Both the position numbers and the translations under genes were made by a program. The notes under the pieces were generated by a model. It was not told the origin of the DNA. It saw nothing but the letters and a program-made list of their open reading frames with translations, and searched no databases. Below, piece after piece: positions 15,490 through 25,005 of a stretch of DNA of 56,281 bases (positions within the stretch are counted from its first letter, which is position 1; each line of letters starts with the position of its first letter). This DNA is from a virus (taxonomy: Duplodnaviria; Caudoviricetes): IMG/VR virus record IMGVR_UViG_3300036804_000195, positions 1-56,281 of that record; one strand, written 5' to 3'.

Positions 15490-18030
15490 TCAGCCTCCGC
15501 TCGGGTAGATGGCCGAGTAGCCGGCGCCGCGCGACGCGCTGGACAGCGCGCCGGCCAGGCCCGCGGACGTCCGGGACGGCGCGGCCGCGGTGACGCCCAG
15601 GAGCTGCTCGAGCAAAGCGGCGATGTACTCCAGCGTGCCGCCGCCCGCGCCGTCCGGGATGACCGTCTCGCCCTTGCCGCCCTCGCCGAAGCTGTAGGCC
15701 TTGCCGGAGCGGCCGATGCCGAAGATCGGCTCGGTGATCCGGCCGCCGAGCGCGTAGCCGTGGCCGGAGCCGACGCCCATGCCGCCGGACATGAGGGTCG
15801 GCCCGTACCGGTTCCGCGCGTAGTTCAGCGCCGCGTAGATGTTGGCCAGCGGGTTGTAGATGTCGTTGGGCAGCATCCGCGACCGGAAGGCCTCGAACGT
15901 CGTCATGATCACCTGCATGAGCCCGCGCGACGGGTCGCCCTGCTGGGCGTTGATGTCGGTCAGGTTGATCGCGCCCTGGTTGCCGCCCGACTCGGTCTGC
16001 ATCTGGTACAGCACCCGGGGCGCGAGCGAGGCGGGCAGGCCGAGCATCGACAGCGCCTCGAGGACGTCCGGCTTCCACCGGGCGACGCCGCCGGAGACCG
16101 CGCCGCCGACCGCGGAGGCGACAGCGCCGACGCCGCGCAGGCCGCCGTGCATGCCGATGCTGATGCCGGACATGATGTGCCGGCCGGCGTCGATCGCCCA
16201 CTTGGGCGGCGAGGCGATCCCGAGCCAGCCGAGGATCTTTCCGGGGATGTCCTTAAACCACTTGGTGACCCCGTCGAACACCGACTTAATGCCGTTCCAC
16301 AGGCCGGTGATGATGTTCTTGCCGCCCTGGACCAGCCAGTTCTTCGCCCCGTCGAACAGCCGCCGCACGTCGGTGAGGACGTTCTTGGCCCCGTCGGTGA
16401 TCTTCGACCAGTTCCGCACGATCAGCAGCACGGCGACGCCGACCGGGCCGGTCAGGATGCCGAGCAGCAGCGGCCAGTTGGAGCGGATCCAGTGCCAGGC
16501 GTCCTCGGCCGCGTGGAGGACGTCGCCGAACGCCTCCTTCACGATCCGCCGGAACGTGCCGGAGGTCTTGTAGGCGATGATCAGCCCGGCGACCAGCGCG
16601 GCCACGGCGACCACGACGATGCCGATGGGGTTAGCGTCCAGCGCCGCATTCAGCAGCCACTGCGCCCCGGCCCACGCCTTCGACGCCCCGGCGGCGATCG
16701 CGCCCCACGCCGCCGACGCCAGCGCCTGGGCGCGTAGCGCGAGCAGCTCGAGGCGAGTGCCGATGCAGGCGCCCTTGATCGCGTCCATGCCCGCGGTGAA
16801 CGCCGCGCCGGCGGACTCGAAGCCGAGCAGCCCGGCCGCGGACGCGGCGATCGACGCCGTCCAGGAGATGAACGCGATGGTGGCAATGCCGATCAGCACC
16901 GGGATCCCGAGCGGCCCGGTCAGGAACGTGAGCAGCTTGGTGAACAGCGGCATGAGCTTCTCGCCGAGCGACGCCGTCAGGTCGGTGAACTTGGCGCGCA
17001 GCGCCGCCATCTTCCCCGCGGTGGTGTCGGCCGCGGTGGCGGCCTGCCCGCCGATCCGGGAATTGAGCAGGCTCTGCGTCTGGGCGAGCCGCTGCGCCGC
17101 CGTCGCGGTCTTCGGCAGGACCTCGACGCCCAGCTTGTTGAAGGCCGACACGTCGCCCTCGGATGCCTTCTGCACGTAGGCCTGGGCCTGCGCCAGCGTC
17201 AGGTGATGCTTGGCCAGGTCCTTGATCGCGGTGCCGTTGCCGGCCATCGCGTTGGAGACCAGCGTCTGCGCGGAGGCGAGAGTCAGGCCCCTCTTGGCCA
17301 GCTCGGTCTGGGAGAACGCCACCGACCCGGTCGCGGCGTTGAGCAGGTCGAGCGCCTTCTCCTCGGTCAGGTGATGCTGCGCGGCGAACTGCGCGACACC
17401 GCCAGCGGACTGCACCTGGTCGTTGAGGATCTTGTACCCGGCCGCCAGCGCCGTCGCCTGGGTGGCACCGGTCGCGACGGTGATGTTCAGGCCCTTGAGC
17501 GCGCGCTGGTTGCCCGACGCCGCGCCCGCCAGCGCGGTGACCGCGGAGTTGAGGTCCTCGTGCTTGAAGGCGGCGAGGTCGGCGGCGTTGCCGAGCAGCC
17601 CGAGCGCGGTCTTGGTCGACCCGGTCGCGGTGACCAGCTTGGCCAGCGCCTGGTTGGTCTGCGCGGATGAGAAACCGAAGTCGGCGAGCTTCTTCTGCGC
17701 GGCCGTGACCGGCGCGGCGTAGTCCTTCCACTTGCCGCCGGTCTTGTCGATCGCCTTGCCGAGCAGCGCCTGGGAGTCCTCGAGCTTCGAGCCGGCGTCG
17801 AGCGACCCGACGATCGCGCCGGCGAACGCGACCGTCCCCCACTTGGCGATCTTCGGGGTGAGCTTGGCCAGGCCGCCGGTCAGCCGGGACCCGAACGTCG
17901 TCGCAGCCTTCTCACCGGACGCGGCCGCGGCCGGTCCCACCGCGGCGTCGGTCTCGGCCTGGAAGGCGGCCCGGGTGCCAGGCGAGGGGCGGACGCGGAC
18001 GAACGCGGTGGCCAGCGGAGTACCCGGCAC
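15490..18030 (-). CDS. Tape measure protein with C-terminal lytic transglycosylase (SLT) domain
   Basis: Ala-rich helical 846 aa; ALDANPIGIVV; QTESGGNQGAINLTDINA...SRGLMQ...YNPLANIYAALNYARNRYG. Confidence 0.9.
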   Translation of the reverse strand: MPGTPLATAFVRVRPSPGTRAAFQAETDAAVGPAAAASGEKAATTFGSRLTGGLAKLTPKIAKWGTVAFAGAIVGSLDAGSKLEDSQALLGKAIDKTGGKWKDYAAPVTAAQKKLADFGFSSAQTNQALAKLVTATGSTKTALGLLGNAADLAAFKHEDLNSAVTALAGAASGNQRALKGLNITVATGATQATALAAGYKILNDQVQSAGGVAQFAAQHHLTEEKALDLLNAATGSVAFSQTELAKRGLTLASAQTLVSNAMAGNGTAIKDLAKHHLTLAQAQAYVQKASEGDVSAFNKLGVEVLPKTATAAQRLAQTQSLLNSRIGGQAATAADTTAGKMAALRAKFTDLTASLGEKLMPLFTKLLTFLTGPLGIPVLIGIATIAFISWTASIAASAAGLLGFESAGAAFTAGMDAIKGACIGTRLELLALRAQALASAAWGAIAAGASKAWAGAQWLLNAALDANPIGIVVVAVAALVAGLIIAYKTSGTFRRIVKEAFGDVLHAAEDAWHWIRSNWPLLLGILTGPVGVAVLLIVRNWSKITDGAKNVLTDVRRLFDGAKNWLVQGGKNIITGLWNGIKSVFDGVTKWFKDIPGKILGWLGIASPPKWAIDAGRHIMSGISIGMHGGLRGVGAVASAVGGAVSGGVARWKPDVLEALSMLGLPASLAPRVLYQMQTESGGNQGAINLTDINAQQGDPSRGLMQVIMTTFEAFRSRMLPNDIYNPLANIYAALNYARNRYGPTLMSGGMGVGSGHGYALGGRITEPIFGIGRSGKAYSFGEGGKGETVIPDGAGGGTLEYIAALLEQLLGVTAAAPSRTSAGLAGALSSASRGAGYSAIYPSGG

Positions 18031-18036
18031 GACGAC

Positions 18037-18342
18037 TCACCTCCCGTTCGTGGCTTGCTGGGCGCCGAGCTCGGACAGGCGGGCGAACGCGTTCCGCTCG
18101 GCGGTGTCCCAGCCTTCGAGCGGCGCGTCCAGCTCGCGGTCGAGCTTGGTGCGGGCCTCGTCGTCCAGGCCCCCGGCGAGCCGCGCGTAAACGATGTTGG
18201 CGAACAGGCGCGGCGATATCCCTGCTAGCGGAGTAGATCCCCGACCGGAACGAGGCCAGCCGCCTGCGCAGGCGAGCTGCCCTTCGATCTCGGCGATCCG
18301 GACCGCGCCGCACGCGAGGAGCCTGATCGCCGTTTGGTAGGG
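18037..18342 (-). CDS. Tail assembly chaperone, frameshifted (GT) C-terminal part
   Basis: The -1 frame after CGC CCT ACC reads PYQTAIRLL...PRLFANIVYARL...LDAPL and ends just before the tape measure gene. Confidence 0.65.
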   Translation of the reverse strand, partial: PYQTAIRLLACGAVRIAEIEGQLACAGGWPRSGRGSTPLAGISPRLFANIVYARLAGGLDDEARTKLDRELDAPLEGWDTAERNAFARLSELGAQQATNGR

Positions 18343-18848
18343 CGCGCCGTCACCATCTCGATCACGTCGCCGACCAGCTCGAACAGCTCGTCGCCGTCGG
18401 CGCGCTGGTCGATTGCGTGCCGTTCGAACTCGGCCCAGTCGCCCGGGTCGTAGCCGCAGCCCGAGCGGTGGAGCGCCTCGCGGATGGTCTGCCCGTCGGG
18501 GACCGGGGCGCCGCAGGTGCACGGCGAGCCCGGGTGGATGCAGTCGCGGATCATGGCGTACATCGCTGACATGCCCGCCAGGTCCTCCGAGCCGAGACCG
18601 CCGTCGGCGGCGTGCGCGAACTTCAGCAGCGGCATGAGGCCGACGTCCTCGGCGACCCGGAACGTGCGGCCGAGGAACTCGACCTTGCCTTCGTCGGGGA
18701 CCACGGCGCCCTCGACGGCGCGCTGCAGCCCGGCGACCTCGGCGTCGGCGCGCGGCTCGCCAGGCGGAGCAGGCGGCCCGGGGTAGGGGCGTGCGAGAGC
18801 CTCGGCGGCGCGGCCGCGGCCAGGTGCTGGCGTCTTCCTGGGTGGCAC
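18225..18848 (-). CDS. Tail assembly chaperone (G)
   Basis: Between tail tube and tape measure; VGLMPLLKFA...AMYAMIRDCI...WAEFERHA...ARPT followed by a Ser-rich tail. Confidence 0.75.
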   Translation of the reverse strand: MPPRKTPAPGRGRAAEALARPYPGPPAPPGEPRADAEVAGLQRAVEGAVVPDEGKVEFLGRTFRVAEDVGLMPLLKFAHAADGGLGSEDLAGMSAMYAMIRDCIHPGSPCTCGAPVPDGQTIREALHRSGCGYDPGDWAEFERHAIDQRADGDELFELVGDVIEMVTARPTKRRSGSSRAARSGSPRSKGSSPAQAAGLVPVGDLLR

Positions 18849-19039
18849 GGAATCTCCTAACGGGTGATGCGGGCGGCCGCGAAGCCGCCCGCACGACAAG
18901 CCGCTGACCTGGGGAAACGACGAACAGCAATGGGGTGGGACGACCACCGCTGGATGGGGGTCTGTCGCGCGTACGGCGCCCACAGGGCCTGCCAGGGGGT
19001 CATCGCTGTCCGCCGGCATGCCGGTCGCTGTCCGGGGTA

Positions 19040-19621
19040 TCAGCCCCGGATCGTGCCGGCAGTGAAGTACTGGAACGGGAACCCGGAGGCCGGGATCTCG
19101 GCGTGGAACTCGACCGGGATGGTGGCGATGTTGGCGCCCTTCTGGCGCATGATCGCCAGCGAGCCCTCCTGGAAGCACTGCTCCATGATCAGCCGCTCGG
19201 TGTTGTCCTGAGACTCCCAGCCGATCATGATCCGCACTTCGGAGCCGACCGCCGGAGGCGTCAGCTTGTTGAGCTGGGTCGCGCCGGAGCCGGTGACCGT
19301 GATCGTTCCGCCGTTGACCGCGCGGGACATGTTGGTCGCGTGGACCTGCATGAGCGCGAACTTGACCGACGCGGCCCGCTCGGTCGTGACGATCTGCAGC
19401 GGGTCGAAATACTCGGCCGCGAGGATCTCCGCGGTGGTGATCGTGTAGTCGAACTCCGACCCGTCGGAGGTGATGCCTAGCAGGTTCCACCCCGCCGGCC
19501 ATGCGTCGGTGAACACCGACCCGGCGACGGTGTTAGCGGGCAGAGACGTCAGGAGCGGCGCCTCATACAGATAGCCAGGCCCAGCGGCGATGGCATTCTT
19601 CGGGACGGTTGCGGCAGGCAC
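19040..19621 (-). CDS. Major tail tube protein
   Basis: GPGYLYEAP...WNLLGITSDGSEFDYT; 193 aa upstream of the chaperone. Confidence 0.85.
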   Translation of the reverse strand: MPAATVPKNAIAAGPGYLYEAPLLTSLPANTVAGSVFTDAWPAGWNLLGITSDGSEFDYTITTAEILAAEYFDPLQIVTTERAASVKFALMQVHATNMSRAVNGGTITVTGSGATQLNKLTPPAVGSEVRIMIGWESQDNTERLIMEQCFQEGSLAIMRQKGANIATIPVEFHAEIPASGFPFQYFTAGTIRG

Positions 19622-19780
19622 CGGTCAGCCTCCTACGGCGGGACGGGATGGTTTGGCGGCCCGCATCTTGTGCGGACCCTTCGACCGCCAGGGCGAGGGC
19701 GAGGCGGCCGGGCTAAAGGTGGCGTCAGGAAACCCGCTCCTGGAACTGCAACTTGCATGTCCAGGACCTACGGGCGGGAG

Positions 19781-20119
19781 CTAGCCCAGAATCTTCTTGA
19801 TGTCGGTCAGCGCCGGGCGCAGCGACCGGTGCGGCCGCCGGTCCCGGATCTTCTTGCCCTCGTGCACGATCGGGTACGGGAAGCCGGTCTTCGGCGCCCG
19901 CGCGGGCGAGTAGATGTCGACGTAGATCCCGGCCTCGTCTTCGAGGACGGCGTAGGCGATGTCGCGCTGCATCGTGCCGGTGCGCCGCTCGGCTCGCCGC
20001 TTGGCGCCGAGGACCACGACCTCGCCGATCGCCGTCATCAGGCCCTTGAGGACGCCCTCGCGGTCGTCGAACTCGGCGGCCAGCTCGGCTTCATCCCATT
20101 GCAGCGTGTAGCGGGCCAC
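19781..20119 (-). CDS. HK97 gp10-like neck/tail completion protein
   Basis: AKRRAERRTGTMQRDI...YPIVHEG...RPHRSLRPAL. Confidence 0.7.
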   Translation of the reverse strand: MARYTLQWDEAELAAEFDDREGVLKGLMTAIGEVVVLGAKRRAERRTGTMQRDIAYAVLEDEAGIYVDIYSPARAPKTGFPYPIVHEGKKIRDRRPHRSLRPALTDIKKILG

Positions 20120-20128
20120 GTCAGCCGC

Positions 20129-20677
20129 TCAGGCGTCCTGGATCTGGAGGCCGAGCGCGGCCAGCTCGGCCTGGCACAGCGGCGCCAGCGGCCCGGTGGG
20201 CGCGTTGTGCCACGAGTTGATGGCCTGCAGCGCGGAGATGAGCTGCTGCGGCGGGAGCGCGGCCAGGTAGGTCGAGGACTTCGCGCAGCGGCCGACCCCG
20301 TCGAGGGTGATCGCCGCGAACGCCTGCGCGGCCGGAGGCGTGGCCGCCGACCCGGCGAGCCCGGTGTCGGTGTAGGCGGCGGTGTTGCCGGGCAGCACCG
20401 CGATGAGCGCGTTCTCAGTGTTCGTCACGGTGCCCCGGTAAACCTTGACCGCCTCGACCCCGGCGGGCGGCGCCGTCCAGGTGAGGTTCGCTGAGCCGTT
20501 CGCCACGATCGCGGTCGTGCCCTCGTTCGAGCCGACCGTCTCGCCGAACTGCGTGAAGAATGTGATCTTCCAGAAGTAGGTCGCGGCGGCGAACGTGCCG
20601 CCGGTGCCGACAGGAGCAGCGGCGAGCCCGGCCGGAGCCGAGCCGCCGGCGGTGGGCTTGATCTGGGTAGCGGTCAC
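20129..20677 (-). CDS. Putative virion protein with internal Ig/FN3-like domain
   Basis: TYFWKITF...GET..SNE...LTWTAP..VKVYRGT...AYTDTG; paralog of 20681-20911. Confidence 0.65.
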   Translation of the reverse strand: MTATQIKPTAGGSAPAGLAAAPVGTGGTFAAATYFWKITFFTQFGETVGSNEGTTAIVANGSANLTWTAPPAGVEAVKVYRGTVTNTENALIAVLPGNTAAYTDTGLAGSAATPPAAQAFAAITLDGVGRCAKSSTYLAALPPQQLISALQAINSWHNAPTGPLAPLCQAELAALGLQIQDA

Positions 20678-20680
20678 GGC

Positions 20681-20911
20681 CTAGACCTCCTGGAGGATGA
20701 TGCCGGCGGCGTGGGCTGTCTTCTGCGCGGCGAGAGTGACGGCGCCCGCGGCGCCGGCGACGTCGAGCCACATGTTGATGGCGCGCAGGCATGCATGCTG
20801 GAGGCCGGGCGCGGCGGGCAGGCCGACAGCGTCTTTCTTGGCCCGCTTGTCGCCGGTCTGGCTGACGGTCGTGAACGAGCCGCTAGTCAGCGGCTTGATC
20901 TGGGTTGCCAT
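20681..20911 (-). CDS. Small putative virion protein
   Basis: GGAGG RBS; MATQIKP...AINMW...GIILQEV. Confidence 0.6.
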   Translation of the reverse strand: MATQIKPLTSGSFTTVSQTGDKRAKKDAVGLPAAPGLQHACLRAINMWLDVAGAAGAVTLAAQKTAHAAGIILQEV

Positions 20912-21248
20912 CGGAGCCTCCGTCCGGGGCAGCAGGCGCCGGGACGCCCTCGGGTGATGCGTCGAACGCCTCGAGCAGCTCGGCGCGGGAGCTGCCCTCG
21001 GCCTTGCCGGCGTCCATGCCGCGGCTCGTCATGAAAGCCGCCCACACCGACTGGCTGGCGTTGCGCGCAGGGATGTCCAGCGTCGCGCCCTCGACAGGCT
21101 CGACGTCGTCGCCGACAGCCAGCCACGCGCCGTCGCCTTCGACCGCGGACTCGTGCACGAGCTGCCCGGCCCGGTAGGCGAACGTGTACGGGTTTTCCGG
21201 CAGCGGGATGTCGCGGACCGCGCGGAAATGCATGCCCTCGGGGACCAT
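20883..21248 (-). CDS. Hypothetical head-tail region protein
   Basis: MVPEGMHFRAVRDIP...; C-terminal PARNASQSVWAAF...SRAELLE helix-extension-helix-like motif. Confidence 0.6.
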   Translation of the reverse strand: MVPEGMHFRAVRDIPLPENPYTFAYRAGQLVHESAVEGDGAWLAVGDDVEPVEGATLDIPARNASQSVWAAFMTSRGMDAGKAEGSSRAELLEAFDASPEGVPAPAAPDGGSDGNPDQAAD

Positions 21249-21250
21249 GA

Positions 21251-21577
21251 TCAGACTCCAATGCAGTAGAACGTGACCTCGGCCGCCGTGCCGTCGACGG
21301 ACACGATGCACCGGCCGTTGGCGTCGCCGTAGCTGGCCGGGATCCGGATCGCCTCCACCGCCCCGGCTGCGATCGACACGGCCCGCGAGGCGACCGCCAG
21401 GCCGTCCGGCTGGAAGTTCATCGCGATGGTGACCACGTGCGCGCCCGCGCCGGTGTTGCGGGCGACCAGCAGCGACCCGGCCGGATAGGTGTCGGCCGTG
21501 CCGATCACCACGCCGGTCAGCGGCGGGCAGACAACGCCAGCCGAGGTGACAGGCCCGGCGGCGACTTGAGCGGTCAT
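21251..21577 (-). CDS. Hypothetical structural protein
   Basis: GGAGGA RBS; beta-rich, LLVARNTGAGAHVVTI. Confidence 0.65.
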   Translation of the reverse strand: MTAQVAAGPVTSAGVVCPPLTGVVIGTADTYPAGSLLVARNTGAGAHVVTIAMNFQPDGLAVASRAVSIAAGAVEAIRIPASYGDANGRCIVSVDGTAAEVTFYCIGV

Positions 21578-21592
21578 GATTCCTCCACGGGG

Positions 21593-22417
21593 TTAGCCGA
21601 AGCCATGTCGGCGTTCGCCTTCCAGGTACTGCAGGGCCCGGCCCGGCGGCTGGTACGTCGGGCCGATCTCGAAGCTGGCGACCTCGGCGAGGTCGGGATC
21701 CTGCTGGTCGGTCAGCGTGCCGCGCTGCGTCGCCCACAGGTCCCAGAGGATCTCGTGGTAGCCGGTGACGATGTCCTCGGGGATCTCGGTCCGCCCGGCG
21801 GTGTAGATCACGTTCCACGGCCCGAACCAGAACGGCAGCCACGAGCGGAGCCGCAGCGTGGCCGCCTCGGGGTTGACGACCATGTCCGAGAGCTGCCAGG
21901 ACGGGCCGCCGTCCCACACCGAGGTGACGGAGGTGACCGACGTCGCCGATACCAGCGGCCCGTTGACCAGGCCGATGACGTCGCGCCACGACCCGCCGAT
22001 GAAGTCGGTGAACTGGCGGATGACGCACGTGCCGACGATCCGCTCGGTTGCGCGGGTCGCCGCGGCCATGCACGAGCGGATCGACTGGTCCTTGCCGGTG
22101 TCGACGATCGACAGGTAGGCGCGGGCGGCGGCGAGGCTGCCGAGCGCCCGGAAGTTCCGCGCCGACTCGTAGTCGGTCTGCGCCGCGCCGGGCCCGGTGG
22201 TCAGCCAGTCGAACCGGTGCAGCCCGGCCTGGGTCATCACATAGTCGAAGATGTACACGCCCTCCTGCGCCGGAGGATTCACCGGATTGACCACGTGCGC
22301 GACCTGGTCGGGCGTGGTGATCGTCAGCGTCACGGTGTTCGCGTTCGCGGGCAGTTGCGTGACCGGGTCGGAGACCAGCAGCGCGGCGCGGTAGGTGCCG
22401 CCGACGTCGATCGCCAC
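21593..22417 (-). CDS. Head-tail adaptor with N-terminal Ig-like domain
   Basis: TVTLTITTPD N-terminal domain; SLAAARAYL...AATRATERIVG...VIYTAGR..IPEDI...LWATQRG. Confidence 0.75.
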   Translation of the reverse strand: MAIDVGGTYRAALLVSDPVTQLPANANTVTLTITTPDQVAHVVNPVNPPAQEGVYIFDYVMTQAGLHRFDWLTTGPGAAQTDYESARNFRALGSLAAARAYLSIVDTGKDQSIRSCMAAATRATERIVGTCVIRQFTDFIGGSWRDVIGLVNGPLVSATSVTSVTSVWDGGPSWQLSDMVVNPEAATLRLRSWLPFWFGPWNVIYTAGRTEIPEDIVTGYHEILWDLWATQRGTLTDQQDPDLAEVASFEIGPTYQPPGRALQYLEGERRHGFG

Positions 22418-22429
22418 GAGCGTCCCTCC

Positions 22430-24256
22430 TTAGCGTGCGCTGGTGATTGCGGCCGGGCCGCCGCTGGCCCGCGGCACCACCGACCGGCTGTCGGGTGACA
22501 CGGGCGCCGGATCCACCGACGCACTGACGGTGCCGGTGATCGCCGCCGGCTGCATGCCGGAGGACGCCTCGACGGTGACCGCCTGCCGGGAGATGATCGC
22601 CGCCTGGCCGAGCATGACGGCGCCGGCGATCGCGGCGATCCCCGCCGCGGAGCTGATAGTCGACGCCGAGCCGGCCACGCGCAGCGCCGAGGTGAGCGTG
22701 CCCGCGGCCGCGGTGAGCTGCGACGCGCGGCCGACGGCGGCGAGGGTGGCGCGGATCGTCCCGGCGGCGAGGCTGACCTGCGACGCGGTCCCGGCCGCGG
22801 CCATCCCCTGCGCGAGCGACCCGGATCCGGTGCTGGCGTTCGCGGCCGTCGCGGCCGCGGCCATCGCCTGGGTCAGCGCCCCGGCGCCGCTGCTCGAGTT
22901 CGCGGCCGCGCCGGCCGCCGGCCACGTAACCGAGCCCGCGCCGGACGTAACCGACCCGGACGCCGCGTCCGAGCCGGTGCTGTCGGCAGTCCCGGCGATC
23001 GCCAGCACTGAGGTCAGCGTCCCGGTGGCCGCGCTCGAGCTGGCCGCGGTGCCGAGCACGGCGAGGCGCAGCGTCACGGCGCCGGAGGCGGCCGAGGTGC
23101 TCGAGGCGGACCCGGCGATAGCGATCGGGGTGAATGTCCCGGCGGCGTGGCTCGAGTTAGCCGCGGTGCCAGCGGCCGCCATCGCCTGGGTCAGCGCGCC
23201 GCTCGCCGAGGTGGAGCTCGCGGCCGTCCCGGCGGCGACCTCTGCAGAGGTCAGCGTCCCGACGGCTGAGCTGGTGTTCGCCGCGGTGCCGGCCGCGGCG
23301 AGGCCGAGCGCCAGCGTCCCGGACGCGGAGTCGGCGCCGGTGCTGTCCGCCGACCCGGCGACGCCTGTGGGGCCGGATGTGACCGATCCGGAGGCACTGT
23401 TCAGGCCGCCGCCGGAGCCGGGCAGCAGCTCGACGCCAAGGAACGCCCAGAAGTCGCTGGTGAAGTTGATAGCCGGAGTGACCGTGCCGCCGGTCGACGG
23501 CGAGTCCGCGGCGTAGCTGTTGTTCGCCGCGGTGGCGTTGTTGCCCTGCGCGTTGAAGCGCAGCGTCGCCGGCGAGGTCGCGGTCGCTCCAGCGGTGGTG
23601 GTGCCGGAGCACGCGCCGGCGACGACCAGGCCGCCCGGCGTCGTCGACGCGAACGGAGCGCTGGCGGTGCCGCTCGAGCCGAACGCCGACACCGCCGTGC
23701 CGTGGCTGGCCGCGCCGCCGTAGGACAGCGAGCCGCCGGTGGTGAAGAAACCCGAGCTGGTCGTGACCGACACGGTGTTAGACCCGGTCGGCGGCGACAT
23801 GAGCAGCCAGAAGTCGATGCCGCCGGTGCCGACGTTATCCGACAGCACCGAGCCCAGCTTCGTCGCGGCGACGCCACCGTAGCTGACAGCGCTGATCACC
23901 GACCCGGCCGTGCCCGTCGGGTAGGTCGCCCAGATCAGGATCGCGGTCGCCGAGCCGCCGGCGACGTGCGTCCAGGTGACCGTCGACCCCGCGGGCGAAA
24001 TGGCCTCGCCGGAACTGGACGGCCCGACCGCGTCGAACGTGACCGAGCCGGGAGCGGGCGCATTGGAGGCGGTGCCGGCGATCTGCCAGGTGACCGGCGC
24101 TGCCAGCGGGCCGATGAGCTGGCTCCGCAGATACTGGTTGGCGAGCCGCGCATTAGCGAGCGTGACCTGTGCGCTAGCCAGCGCGTCGTTAACCAGCGCG
24201 CCCGAGCTGCCGCCGGTGAAGGCATACCGGCCCGGAGTGACGACCGGGCCGGCCAT
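22430..24256 (-). CDS. Ala/Gly/Ser/Thr-rich fibrous structural protein
   Basis: 608 aa; N-terminal beta domain, then about 21-aa repeats of the type AAGTAASSSxAxGTLT. Confidence 0.7.
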   Translation of the reverse strand: MAGPVVTPGRYAFTGGSSGALVNDALASAQVTLANARLANQYLRSQLIGPLAAPVTWQIAGTASNAPAPGSVTFDAVGPSSSGEAISPAGSTVTWTHVAGGSATAILIWATYPTGTAGSVISAVSYGGVAATKLGSVLSDNVGTGGIDFWLLMSPPTGSNTVSVTTSSGFFTTGGSLSYGGAASHGTAVSAFGSSGTASAPFASTTPGGLVVAGACSGTTTAGATATSPATLRFNAQGNNATAANNSYAADSPSTGGTVTPAINFTSDFWAFLGVELLPGSGGGLNSASGSVTSGPTGVAGSADSTGADSASGTLALGLAAAGTAANTSSAVGTLTSAEVAAGTAASSTSASGALTQAMAAAGTAANSSHAAGTFTPIAIAGSASSTSAASGAVTLRLAVLGTAASSSAATGTLTSVLAIAGTADSTGSDAASGSVTSGAGSVTWPAAGAAANSSSGAGALTQAMAAAATAANASTGSGSLAQGMAAAGTASQVSLAAGTIRATLAAVGRASQLTAAAGTLTSALRVAGSASTISSAAGIAAIAGAVMLGQAAIISRQAVTVEASSGMQPAAITGTVSASVDPAPVSPDSRSVVPRASGGPAAITSAR

Positions 24257-24699
24257 TACTCAGCCCATTTGAAGTACACGTCCCACGTGACCGCCGCCGT
24301 GGAGAACTGCCAGACCACGAGGTCGGCCGAGATGGGGACGATGAACTCCTGCGGCTCGTAGGTGAAGATCACCCCGGCGCCGATCACGGCCGGGATCTGC
24401 ACCCGGCGCATCGGGTTGGTCGGCGCTGTCGGCGGCGACGTGCCAAACGAGGTCACGAGAGTCGTCAGAGCAGCAGTGTCGGCCGAGTCGAGCGCCTGGC
24501 CGAGCGTGCCGGTCAGCGTGCCAGACCCGGCAGCAGCCGGGCGGCCGATACCGACCTCGCCGGCGACACCGGACACGTTGAAGATGCCGATCTCCCGGAT
24601 GACTGCACGAGATCCCGACGCGGTTACGAGCGTGACGATCGGAGCGGCCGCCGAGCCGGGCGTCGCATGGCTGAGGCCGATCTCGTATCGGTTGCCCAT
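24256..24699 (-). CDS. Putative virion protein
   Basis: Coupled to the downstream gene; jelly-roll-like pattern VIREIGIF...WDVYFKWAE. Confidence 0.65.
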   Translation of the reverse strand: MGNRYEIGLSHATPGSAAAPIVTLVTASGSRAVIREIGIFNVSGVAGEVGIGRPAAAGSGTLTGTLGQALDSADTAALTTLVTSFGTSPPTAPTNPMRRVQIPAVIGAGVIFTYEPQEFIVPISADLVVWQFSTAAVTWDVYFKWAE

Positions 24700-24700
24700 G

Positions 24701-24997
24701 TCATCCGCTCCCTGCGTGGCCGAGCAGGATCAGGTCGACCGGCCGGATCAGTGCCGCAGCGGCCGCACCGCGCCGTGCGCACTCAGCACATGCGCCCTGG
24801 CACCGCAGCAGGATCACAGCGTGCGATCCACACAGCCGCACCCTGCGTGAGTGACCGTTAGCGCACGTGCGTTCCCACAGGGATGCCGGGGTCGTTCCGC
24901 AGAGCGCGTTACCTGCTCCGACGCCCGTCGCCTCGCACGGATGCGCGCGCGGCACCCGGAGATCGGGCAGCAGGGGTGACAACTGGTGGACAGTCAT
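24701..24997 (-). CDS. Cys-rich hypothetical protein
   Basis: MTVHQL...CEA...C...CANGH...CGSH...CAEC. Confidence 0.5.
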   Translation of the reverse strand: MTVHQLSPLLPDLRVPRAHPCEATGVGAGNALCGTTPASLWERTCANGHSRRVRLCGSHAVILLRCQGACAECARRGAAAAALIRPVDLILLGHAGSG

Positions 24998-25005
24998 GGC
25001 AAGAA

